IMG/VR virus record: IMGVR_UViG_3300045988_089998
Coordinates: 1 to 36,832 of that record
Length of the DNA stretch: 36,832 nucleotides
Reading direction: 5' to 3' (one strand)
Source: a virus
The translations under genes and the position numbers were made by a program. Positions 6,643-14,064 of the stretch are shown piece by piece. Within the stretch, counting starts at the first letter, position 1. Each line of letters opens with the position of its first letter. Below the pieces are notes generated by a model. That model was not told the DNA's origin. It was given only the letters and a program-made list of their open reading frames with translations, and did no database searches.

Positions 6643-6783
6643 ATTTCGATTATATCGAATTTATTATTATACTACTACGATTATTTCGGAGTGTCAATAT
6701 TCTTTTTCGACTTTTTCGAAATAATTTATTTACATTTTCGAAATTCAATGGTATACTTTCATCAAGAAATGAGGTGAGCAAAA
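6643..6783. promoter_or_regulatory. Divergent lysis/lysogeny switch region with TTTCGA-type operators
   Basis: The rightward promoter is TTTACA (6729-6734), 17 nt, then TATACT (6752-6757). A leftward TTGACA lies at 6697..6692. The hexamer TTTCGA or the palindrome TTTCGAAA recurs at about 6644, 6705, 6714 and 6736; the copy at 6736 sits inside the rightward spacer. Confidence 0.55.
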
Positions 6784-7563
6784 TTGACTTTTGGAGAGAA
6801 ACTAAGAGAGGCAAGAAAAGTTAACGGTTTTACTCAAAAACAACTTGCAGATAAAATATCTGCAAAACACAATTCTGTTAGTGACTGGGAAAATGATAAA
6901 AACAAACCAGACCCTAATACTATTGAATTAATATGTGGTGTTTTGAAGATAACTCCTAACTATCTTCTTGGAGGATCAGAAGACGCATTTTCTCCTTCTG
7001 ATAAAGAAATGTTGAAAAAATACCATGCCCTTGACAAACATGGTAAATATATTGTAGACCAATTATTAAATGCAGAATATGATCGTTGCTCTGCTGTTGA
7101 TTTCAGCGAGCCGTCACAGTCTTCTACCCGGGTTATTCAATTCTACCAGAGATTAGCCAGTGCTGGATCCGGTCAGTTTGTGTTTGATGATATCCCAGTC
7201 GATTTGATTGAAATACCGGATGTCCCGGAATATCAGCATGTAAAATATGCAATAGGTGTAAATGGCGCAAGCATGGAACCCCTCTATCACGATGGCGATA
7301 TTCTTCTTGTCGAGCCGGCCGGAAATCTTTCAATTGGCGAGATCGGTATTTTCATCGTAGACGGATATTCCTATGTTAAGAAATTAGGAGATAACTCCCT
7401 AATATCTCTTAACAAAGAGTATCCGGATGTTGCAATCAGCGAAAATACCGAATGTCTCGGGCGCGTAGTGGATAAAGTCTCATCTGTTCCAAAGCTTCCT
7501 CTTGAGGATCTGCTTGCTTTGCAATCTGCTGCTAAGAAACAATTCAAAGAAAAGGATGCCTAA
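6784..7563 (+). CDS. CI/LexA-like repressor (XRE HTH plus S24 peptidase domain)
   Basis: The N-terminus FGEKLREARKVNGFTQKQLADKI is an HTH. The C-terminus GVNGASMEPLYHDGDILLVEP...YVKKL carries the S24 Ser and Lys motifs. It uses a TTG start with GAGGTGAG upstream. Confidence 0.85.
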   Translation: MTFGEKLREARKVNGFTQKQLADKISAKHNSVSDWENDKNKPDPNTIELICGVLKITPNYLLGGSEDAFSPSDKEMLKKYHALDKHGKYIVDQLLNAEYDRCSAVDFSEPSQSSTRVIQFYQRLASAGSGQFVFDDIPVDLIEIPDVPEYQHVKYAIGVNGASMEPLYHDGDILLVEPAGNLSIGEIGIFIVDGYSYVKKLGDNSLISLNKEYPDVAISENTECLGRVVDKVSSVPKLPLEDLLALQSAAKKQFKEKDA

Positions 7564-7641
7564 ATTTCCATAAATTGGAATCTCCTGATCAATAACTCAA
7601 TGGTAAAATATTAATAGATCTTTACCCTTGGAGTTTTAATT

Positions 7642-8238
7642 ATGCGCTTTTTGAAAAAGACCGAGATATCAGGAGAGTTCCGAAAATTTATAAAGTTTAC
7701 TGCTTATGATACCTTAATAGACTTCGGCGCCAATAGGCTGCCTGTTTTAAACAACCTTGCCGCTATCATTAGTGATTCGATTTTCATTATGCCAATTCAA
7801 GCGGCCTTCAGCGATACTGAAAGAAGTTTTTATAACGGATACCGCGAAGGTTCTGTGATGTATGTTAATGCAACTGGCCATTACATCATTCTGTATGATG
7901 AGAATCTGCCGGCAGATCGCATCCGATGGATCATATCGAAACTCATTTATTTAATCCGTAATGGATCTATTGATGACTTTCCAAATAGATTCCATACCGT
8001 TAATGATAATGATCAAGAAAGCAATATCTTCGCTTACTATTTTACTTGCCCCGATATCATCCTCTCGAAATGTAATATTATTAATGCAGATGATATCATT
8101 ACATATTGCCAAATTCCTTTCAATCATGCGGCCGCAAAGAGTAAGATGATTGAATTAACCTCATCGTCCACTTTCAGGCGCATAGAGGATGTTTTACTTA
8201 AAAATTTTCGATCATTTATAAATAGGTTTATACGATGA
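7642..8238 (+). CDS. ImmA/IrrE-like protein lacking the HEXXH zinc motif
   Basis: It sits directly after the repressor. The pattern IILYDENLPADRIRWIISKLIYL...QESNIFAYYFTCPDIIL parallels the ImmA core (rFtlaHElgH...E.eAN.FA..lLmP), but SKLIY replaces HEXXH. Confidence 0.45.
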   Translation: MRFLKKTEISGEFRKFIKFTAYDTLIDFGANRLPVLNNLAAIISDSIFIMPIQAAFSDTERSFYNGYREGSVMYVNATGHYIILYDENLPADRIRWIISKLIYLIRNGSIDDFPNRFHTVNDNDQESNIFAYYFTCPDIILSKCNIINADDIITYCQIPFNHAAAKSKMIELTSSSTFRRIEDVLLKNFRSFINRFIR

Positions 8239-8347
8239 TATTATAAAAATAAAAAAGCCGCCCTATTTCTAAGACGGCTTATAGATTAGATGCAACCCGC
8301 AATCATGGGATTACGTTATACATCCACCTTCGCAAGTAGATTATACC

Positions 8348-8381
8348 ATAATCCTCATGATTAAACGAGGATTATTTTTTA
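8348..8381 (+). terminator. Rho-independent terminator
   Basis: ataatcctc-atgattaaac-gaggattat forms a 9-bp stem followed by T6. Confidence 0.75.
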
Positions 8382-8420
8382 TACCATTTTTTAACTATAA
8401 ATACTTAAGGAGGAAATCTT

Positions 8421-9545
8421 ATGTGGCCAGAATACCAAGAAAATGGAAAAGTCAAATTCGTAGAGCGCTATGTGAATCCCCTGACCGGAAAATGCGGAAA
8501 GACATCAGTAACGCTTGATAAGGATACGCGCGCTACCAGAAAGGAGGCTGAAAAGATCCTCGAGCAGAAAATCGAGCGGAAGTTAAAAGAACTTACGTCC
8601 AGCACCGCTCCCGAATCAGTCACCTTGCAGGATCTTGTCGATGCCTACCGCGCCGAGCAGAAAAAGACGGTCAAGGCATCAACATACCGGCGCAACTTTT
8701 TCTATGCGAATTCAATGCTACAAACCCTTGGCCCGGACACGCTAGTAGACAGGCTCACGGCCAAGTATATACGGGATAGGATGTACGCCCTGGACGCAAA
8801 AAACAGCACCATCAACGAACTTTTGAAGCGCACGAAGGGGATACTCAGATGGGGGTATAAGAATGACTATATCGCGGATATAGCGTTTCTAAATAAGGTG
8901 TCTCCACTTCCGGACATATCGTACAGGGAAAAGATCGAGGACAAGTATCTTGAGACAGAAGAATTCAAGAGCCTGGTAAGCGCAATGGATGTGACCAAAT
9001 GGAAACTTCTCACCGAATTTCTCGGGCTGTCAGGCATCCGAATCGGCGAGGCCCTATCGCTGGATAAGCGAGATGTAGATTTTAATGACAGATGCATCCA
9101 CGTTACTACAACCTACGATACCAACAACCTGATAGATACAGATCCCAAGTCTCCCTCATCATATCGCGACGTGTACATGCAGGATGATCTATACGACGTG
9201 TGCAAGCAGATATCAACCTACATGCTACGGCAGTCCTTGGTCAACGGATATGGCAAGAGCCCCGTATTCTTCCAGGGAGAGGACGGCGGACGAGCAAATT
9301 ATGCGGCTTATAATAAGTACATCAAAGAGAACGGCCGCCGCATTCTCGGCAGGGAAAAGATTACCGCCCACATACTCCGCCACACCCATACATGCATGCT
9401 GGCCGAAAACGGGGTGCAGTTGGAAACAATCACACGCCGACTCGGGCACGAGGATAGCAAGATTACCAAGCAGATATATTTGCACATAACAAAAAAGATG
9501 CGCCAAAACGATAATGATCAGATTGCTTCCGTGAAAATTATGTAA
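8421..9545 (+). CDS. int: Phage integrase (tyrosine recombinase)
   Basis: 374 aa. The catalytic signature includes GIRIGEAL (Arg), HILRHTH (HxxR), LGHEDSKIT and the nucleophile context QIYLH. There is an arm-binding-type N-terminus, and AAGGAGG lies upstream. Confidence 0.9.
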   Translation: MWPEYQENGKVKFVERYVNPLTGKCGKTSVTLDKDTRATRKEAEKILEQKIERKLKELTSSTAPESVTLQDLVDAYRAEQKKTVKASTYRRNFFYANSMLQTLGPDTLVDRLTAKYIRDRMYALDAKNSTINELLKRTKGILRWGYKNDYIADIAFLNKVSPLPDISYREKIEDKYLETEEFKSLVSAMDVTKWKLLTEFLGLSGIRIGEALSLDKRDVDFNDRCIHVTTTYDTNNLIDTDPKSPSSYRDVYMQDDLYDVCKQISTYMLRQSLVNGYGKSPVFFQGEDGGRANYAAYNKYIKENGRRILGREKITAHILRHTHTCMLAENGVQLETITRRLGHEDSKITKQIYLHITKKMRQNDNDQIASVKIM

Positions 9546-9870
9546 TTGCCCTCTTTTCTGCCCCTTTTTTATTTTGCAAAACAAAAAAATCCGCTAAACA
9601 CCTATGTTTCAAGGCATTTAACGGATTAGTTCAGTGACTCCCAGGGACATACTTTTCGCAATTACATATTAATACATATTCGTTTTTGCTTTGTTATATT
9701 AGTTTCTACCTATTATAGTATAATATAAAATCATACTTTTTTTATTAATAATGCCCTCTTATTTTCCCTCTCAATAGCAAGGCTTATTTGGTTTATTTTA
9801 GTCCAATATTTACCATTTGTCAGCAGCCAAAAATGTACTTACAATATATTTATAAGGATGGTGATTCAAA

Positions 9871-10116
9871 ATGAACGAATTTGCTAGGCGAATAAGGCAA
9901 TTACGTGAAAATGCCGGCCTGTCACAAAAAGAATTGTCTTACATACTAAACATAGAGCGAACTACGTTAGCAAGTTATGAAATTGGAAGAGGACTAATCA
10001 TTTACCGGCGGCGGTATAGCCGTAGCATCAAAGCAACCGCCGGGATCGCCCGTATGGGCATAATCTCGCAGGGCATCCACCCATGCATAAGTCCCTGCGC
10101 AATTACTTACATATAA
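9871..10116 (+). pseudogene. Truncated XRE-family HTH gene (only the first ~40 codons look genuine)
   Basis: MNEFARRIRQLRENAGLSQKELSYILNIERTTLASYEIGR is a normal HTH_3 N-terminus. From about nt 9990 the frame runs into G+C-rich, non-protein-like sequence (GLIIYRRRYSRSIKATAG...). Confidence 0.55.
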
Positions 10117-10345
10117 AGTACTTAATGCGGATCTGTACCCGTCTACAGCACGTATTAAGCCGGCCACCCATTAACCCTTGTAACACCCCGGTGGCGTTAT
10201 CCGGCGCTTAACGGTTGTGCGATAACATCCTGCATACAGATTACAAGTATCCTATAAGCCGTGGGACGGGACATGGACGGAGGCTTGCTTGACGTATGTA
10301 AAATATCAGGCCTGACATCTGCCCCGGTAATAATCCGGGGCAATT
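10000..10345 (+). other. G+C-rich, helix-dense non-coding region (unassigned; candidate structured RNA or recombination-site remnant)
   Basis: No convincing ORF in any frame. Many local stems are visible: ccggcgg/ccgccgg, gcaggg..ccctgc, cttaatgc..gtattaag enclosing ctgta..tacag, gccacc..ggtggc, gttatc..gataac and gccccgg-taataat-ccggggc. Confidence 0.3.
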
Positions 10346-10362
10346 TGAAAGGAAGTCCATAT

Positions 10363-11208
10363 ATGAGCGAGAAAATACTAGCGGCTATATATACTCGTGT
10401 AAGCACGCGAGAACAAGCAGAAGCAGGATATTCTTTGGACGCACAGCAGAGACTCCTTCTAGATTTCTGCAACTCAAAGAAATATATTGTCTACAGAATC
10501 TACTCTGATGAAGGAATAAGCGCAAAGGATATTAAGCATCGACCCGGAATGCTCCAATTGCTTTCAGATGCGGAACAGCGTAAATTCGACTGCATACTTG
10601 TCTGGAAGTTAACTCGGTTCTCTCGTAATATGGCGGATCTAATGACCGCATGCGAGAAGTTGGATAACTTGGGAATCGCACTTGTCAGTTATTCAGAGGC
10701 ATTCGACAGCGGAACTCCCGCCGGGCGAATGGTTAGATCAATGCTTGGGACTGTCGCCCAGTTTGAGCGGGAAGTAATCTCCGAGAATGTATATATGGGG
10801 CTGTTAGAGAGAGCCAGGCAGGGGAAGCGCACCTGTCATGATATCCTTGGATATGATCTACTTGGGCCCGATAGTTTCTCTATCAATCCAACAGAGGCCG
10901 AATACGTTAATTTTGTGCACGACCAATACCTTATCCGCAAAAACATCACCGAAGTGGCGTTGTTGGCAAAAGAAAAGGGGTTCCGCGGTAAGCGTGGACG
11001 CATCCCACACATTAACAGCGTAAGCGTCATACTTACGCGCCCCGAATACGCAGGATATAATGTATTCCACGGTGAGTTATACAAGGGGGACTACGAGTCA
11101 ATTCGAACCCCAGCTAGTTTCAATCGGGTGCAGAGACTCATCCTACGCCAAGGAAAAATAATGGGCAGATGTCGCAAGCATCCTCTCTACATTGTCCCTG
11201 AAAATTAG
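10363..11208 (+). CDS. Serine recombinase with resolvase and recombinase domains only; a large serine recombinase truncated before the zinc-ribbon and coiled-coil region (possibly a pseudogene)
   Basis: AAIYTRVSTREQ carries the catalytic Ser context. VWKLTRFSRN and the following recombinase-domain-like region are present. It ends at 281 aa, whereas characterised large serine integrases are much longer. RBS gaaaggaag precedes ATG 10363. Confidence 0.65.
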   Translation: MSEKILAAIYTRVSTREQAEAGYSLDAQQRLLLDFCNSKKYIVYRIYSDEGISAKDIKHRPGMLQLLSDAEQRKFDCILVWKLTRFSRNMADLMTACEKLDNLGIALVSYSEAFDSGTPAGRMVRSMLGTVAQFEREVISENVYMGLLERARQGKRTCHDILGYDLLGPDSFSINPTEAEYVNFVHDQYLIRKNITEVALLAKEKGFRGKRGRIPHINSVSVILTRPEYAGYNVFHGELYKGDYESIRTPASFNRVQRLILRQGKIMGRCRKHPLYIVPEN

Positions 11209-11223
11209 CATAGATAATAATAG

Positions 11224-11249
11224 GCCTCGAAGTTTTTATGCTCCGAGGC
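11224..11249. terminator. Hairpin between the convergent serine recombinase and endolysin genes
   Basis: gcctcg..cgaggc plus 2 further bp, with short T/A runs on both sides. Confidence 0.35.
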
Positions 11250-11273
11250 TTTAATGATATTATATTGATATTA

Positions 11274-12050
11274 TTAAGATAGTCCCAGCAACTTGCTCCA
11301 AGTCTTTGGTCCAACGATGCCATCCGCAACAAGCCCCATTGCCCGCTGAAATGCCATAATTGCCGCTTTTGTCTTTGCGCCAAATACCCCATCTACAGAT
11401 CCACAATCGAAACCAAGTGCATTTAGTTTTCTCTGTACCCATCTGGTAATACTTCCCTGAGCCCCCTTCTTAAGCATGGGACATCCAGCCAAGGTGATCA
11501 GTCCCGGTATATTATCTACCTCCTGTGAAGAAAACCCCTGAACATTACACTCATTCTGTAACTCTGCAATCTCCCCTGATACCTGTACCGGCTGTGAGGT
11601 TGTAACTGATACACTGCCGCTTGCTCCAGCAATCTCCGCAAATGGGAACTTTGCGCCGGGGCAGGCAGTTGCGCATACATCTCTGTGAGCTTGCACTTTA
11701 CTGACGCCGTACTTGCCTTTTAACCAGGCTACTAGTTCTTTTCCGGCCTGTTTCTGCACATCCGGCATAATTTCTACATCATAATCTCCTTCAAAGCAGA
11801 TACCGATACTATCAGAGTTGCCTCCGGAAGCGTGGGCACCTACTGCCCCTTCAGGCCGCAACCTGTAAATCGACCCATCTTTTCTAACTTCAAAATGATA
11901 TCCTGCTCCAGACCAGCCCTTCTGTAAATGCAGTTGGTGGATCTGTTCCGGCGAGTATACACTAGCATCTGCATGATGCAGAATAAGACGGTTAGTCCTG
12001 CTTCTGTAACTCATGGATCTGAACTGTAAATTTGTTTCGATTATATTCAT
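11274..12050 (-). CDS. Endolysin: N-acetylmuramoyl-L-alanine amidase (Amidase_2/PGRP type) with C-terminal PG_binding_1 domain
   Basis: The N-terminus LILHHADA...GWSGAGYHF...HRDVCATACPG is amidase_2-like. The C-terminus GSITRWVQRKLNALGFDCGSVDGVFGAKTKAAIMAFQRAMGLVADGIVGPKTW is a peptidoglycan-binding repeat. Confidence 0.9.
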   Translation of the reverse strand: MNIIETNLQFRSMSYRSRTNRLILHHADASVYSPEQIHQLHLQKGWSGAGYHFEVRKDGSIYRLRPEGAVGAHASGGNSDSIGICFEGDYDVEIMPDVQKQAGKELVAWLKGKYGVSKVQAHRDVCATACPGAKFPFAEIAGASGSVSVTTSQPVQVSGEIAELQNECNVQGFSSQEVDNIPGLITLAGCPMLKKGAQGSITRWVQRKLNALGFDCGSVDGVFGAKTKAAIMAFQRAMGLVADGIVGPKTWSKLLGLS

Positions 12051-12069
12051 ATTCTTAATCTCCTTCTTC

Positions 12070-12083
12070 TTGCGACGTCACAC
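12070..12083. repeat. Imperfect copy (12/14) of the GTGCGACGTCGCAC palindrome, just upstream of the endolysin RBS
   Basis: ttgcgacgtcacac, with the same flanks (yTTC ... A) as the two perfect copies. Confidence 0.7.
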
Positions 12084-12096
12084 AAAAAGAGGACGA

Positions 12097-12519
12097 TTAC
12101 TCGCCCTCCGCCTTATCCGTCAATATATCAATTGCTTTTTGCACAATCGCCGGTAGCGGAATTCCCATCAGCCCCGCGTTTTCCACGATGCTGATAAGTT
12201 CATTGGCGATGAAGCCTATACATATAGCGTCACGAATATAATTAGTCCCAATTATAACGTCCAGCCTGGCACCGATCAGCACGAACAGAAGTGTCACGCC
12301 TTTTCGGCATAGCCCCTTCCATCCGGCCCGGCTTTCCAAGGCCCCGCTCTCGCTCTTTCCTGACTTCCGGAATACTCCGGCCAAGATAATCCCCATGGCA
12401 AAATCAATCCCCATAAATATGAGCAGTGTCTGCAATGCCGCATCCCATCCGCCAAAAAGGGCAGCCACTACGCTACCCAATGCTCCGATACTCGTACATA
12501 TTCCTGTCTTCAATTTCAT
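12097..12519 (-). CDS. Holin (TcdE/phage_holin_4_1-like)
   Basis: 140 aa with multiple TM segments. The ...FIANELISIVENAGLMGIPLP... motif is typical of this holin family. It lies immediately upstream of the endolysin. Confidence 0.8.
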   Translation of the reverse strand: MKLKTGICTSIGALGSVVAALFGGWDAALQTLLIFMGIDFAMGIILAGVFRKSGKSESGALESRAGWKGLCRKGVTLLFVLIGARLDVIIGTNYIRDAICIGFIANELISIVENAGLMGIPLPAIVQKAIDILTDKAEGE

Positions 12520-12536
12520 ATACCTCACTTTCCTTC

Positions 12537-13250
12537 CTATTCAATAATTGTAAAATACTGCCCTACCAATTGACTTGGAGGGAAGTACAGGATAACCGTG
12601 TCTCCGGCAGACATCCCTTGCCTGTCCATCAAGTATGTAACCCCTGACTCGCTGTAGTATTTGCCACACTCGTACTCCATTCCGGATGTTGACACCTCTT
12701 CCGGAACCTGGATCGGGCTGTCCATCATCCCCGCCTGCTCTCCGGCGATTGCTGCCCATAGGCTTGGCGCAACGCCCGGCTCCCATCCTGCCTGGCTCTT
12801 ATGGGCCTGTAGGCACTTGTACAGCGTCCCATTATGTCGCACCTTATATCCCTCTGCATAGTCCACGCTGGCTCCGTTCCATGACGGGTATATTGCCTGC
12901 ACGGCCAGTGCCTGCTCGTCCACCAGAGCCTGAGCCTGGATCTGTGCTACCATAACAGCGGCGGCCTGCACTTCTGCTTGTACCTCGGGAGTCTTCTCAT
13001 CCTGGTACATGACCACGCCAAGGATTCCTCCTGTATACTCTTCTATCCGATATAGCGTTGTATAATCGATATGTGTTGCTATTGTCTGTCCCCGTTCCTC
13101 GATTACTATTTTCTTACACGCAAACTCATCCGAAAACTTGACTCGAAGTTCTTCGCGCGTAGCGTAAATTGTTTTGATGCTTAATTTACCGCCTGACGCT
13201 TCAAATTTTAGGATTTGCATAGCGGTAGCATCATTAAATATTGCTTTCAA
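12537..13250 (-). CDS. Protein with CBM5/12-like (chitin-binding type 3) carbohydrate-binding motif, first gene of the lysis cluster
   Basis: YPSWNGASVDYAEGYKVRHNGTLYKCLQAHKSQAGWEPGVAPSLWAAI matches the W..Y..G..V.YNG..Y.C.Q.H....W.P....LW pattern. The likely start is TTG 13250, after GAAAGGAAG. The track start at 13361 would overlap the terminator and site D. Confidence 0.6.
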   Translation of the reverse strand: MKAIFNDATAMQILKFEASGGKLSIKTIYATREELRVKFSDEFACKKIVIEERGQTIATHIDYTTLYRIEEYTGGILGVVMYQDEKTPEVQAEVQAAAVMVAQIQAQALVDEQALAVQAIYPSWNGASVDYAEGYKVRHNGTLYKCLQAHKSQAGWEPGVAPSLWAAIAGEQAGMMDSPIQVPEEVSTSGMEYECGKYYSESGVTYLMDRQGMSAGDTVILYFPPSQLVGQYFTIIE

Positions 13251-13266
13251 AATTTCACTTCCTTTC

Positions 13267-13280
13267 GTGCGACGTCGCAC
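13267..13280. repeat. Perfect 14-bp palindrome GTGCGACGTCGCAC (copy 2), abutting the RBS of the CBM-protein gene
   Basis: Read directly. The flanks are identical to copy 1 (19 nt). Confidence 0.9.
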
Positions 13281-13282
13281 AT

Positions 13283-13304
13283 TAAAAAAGAGCCATTCGG
13301 CTCT
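13283..13304 (-). terminator. Rho-independent terminator (minus strand) at the downstream edge of the shufflon
   Basis: The minus strand reads agagcc-gaat-ggctct followed by T6. Confidence 0.6.
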
Positions 13305-13325
13305 GGTTGATAGAGTTTCATAGTT

Positions 13326-13343
13326 AACTAAATAGAAAATTGG
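13326..13343 (+). repeat. Crossover-site candidate D (18/18 inverted match to the active-gene site)
   Basis: aactaaatagaaaattgg is the exact reverse complement of 15756..15773. Confidence 0.9.
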
Positions 13344-13672
13344 ATCAAGAATCATCGACAAAGGTCATGGGATTTTCATTTTTGCGCCGTGGAAACGAAG
13401 TATTAATGACACATAACAGTATTCTTGAAGTCGTTGAGGCTGGCCATGTCTACACTAATCAGGGGTCCATCCCAATGGGATACCGTCCAGTTCTTGATCT
13501 TTCCGCTATCCCGGGACTAATTACAGACGGAAATAACAAGATTAGAGGTACTTGGTGGCTCGTCGCAAATTCCACAGGCAGCATTAATGTGATAAGTTCC
13601 ATCACACATAGTGATCCTCTCAGCTACGTTACTTCTGCCAGTTGGCCTACATCAGATGTAATCAACCTATAG
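13343..13672 (+). other. Silent C-terminal cassette D (109 codons, promoterless; TAA immediately 5' of the core)
   Basis: The frame after the core reads DQESSTKVMGFSFLRRGNEV...SDVINL*, in the same codon register as the active gene. No SD or ATG is present; the track 'M' is the TTG of the core. Confidence 0.7.
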
Positions 13673-13673
13673 T

Positions 13674-13998
13674 TTATTTGATTCCTATCAACATCCAACT
13701 GCTAAACGTCCAGCCATTTACAGTCCAGTTACCCATAACAAACGATGTAGTAGATGCAAACCGTACGCTTCCACCAATACTATAACCTGTATTTGTTCCT
13801 ACTCTCCCAAATTCAAGGTTTTTACCGATAAAAGAATCATTAAACAGCATGATATGTGGGTTGAGTTCAGTCAAAAAGTATGTACCGGAATAAAAAAATG
13901 CTAGATACATTGTTTTAAACTGTGTGATATCTTTGATTGGAAATGTACCGCTTGTTACAGCGTGTGCCAATATCTCAATGCTTTTAAAACTACTTTCT
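13674..13998 (-). other. Silent C-terminal cassette C (107 codons)
   Basis: The minus-strand frame after the core reads ESSFKSIEILAHAVTSG...SSWMLIGIK*. It lies tail-to-tail with cassette D, with a 1-nt gap. Confidence 0.7.
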
Positions 13999-14016
13999 AA
14001 TTTTCTATTTAGTTCA
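13999..14016 (-). repeat. Crossover-site candidate C (18/18 direct match to the active-gene site)
   Basis: aattttctatttagttca is identical to 15758..15775, in the same orientation. Confidence 0.9.
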
Positions 14017-14064
14017 GGAATAGCCAGCAATATTTGCTACAATGGAAAGCAAAAAGGAGTTGGA

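Noticed and set aside
9546-9870. attP core or arm sites downstream of the integrase (for example tgccctctt at about 9547 and about 9753, and the imperfect hairpin atccgctaaa..tttaacggat at about 9587-9626)
   Set aside because: The AT-rich region next to int is the expected attP location. I could not define a core or a tRNA-derived segment from the sequence alone, and the repeats are short enough to be chance.
13251-13361. N-terminal extension of ORF 12537..13361
   Set aside because: The extension would run through a terminator hairpin, the 14-bp palindrome and crossover site D. A TTG with a good RBS at 13250 (or ATG 13220) is a more plausible start.
13340-14030. Track ORFs 13340..13672 (plus strand) and 13674..14030 (minus strand) as independent genes
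   Set aside because: Their 'M' residues are TTG codons belonging to, or adjacent to, the conserved core. No SD sequence or promoter is visible. They are better explained as silent C-terminal cassettes and are reported as such.
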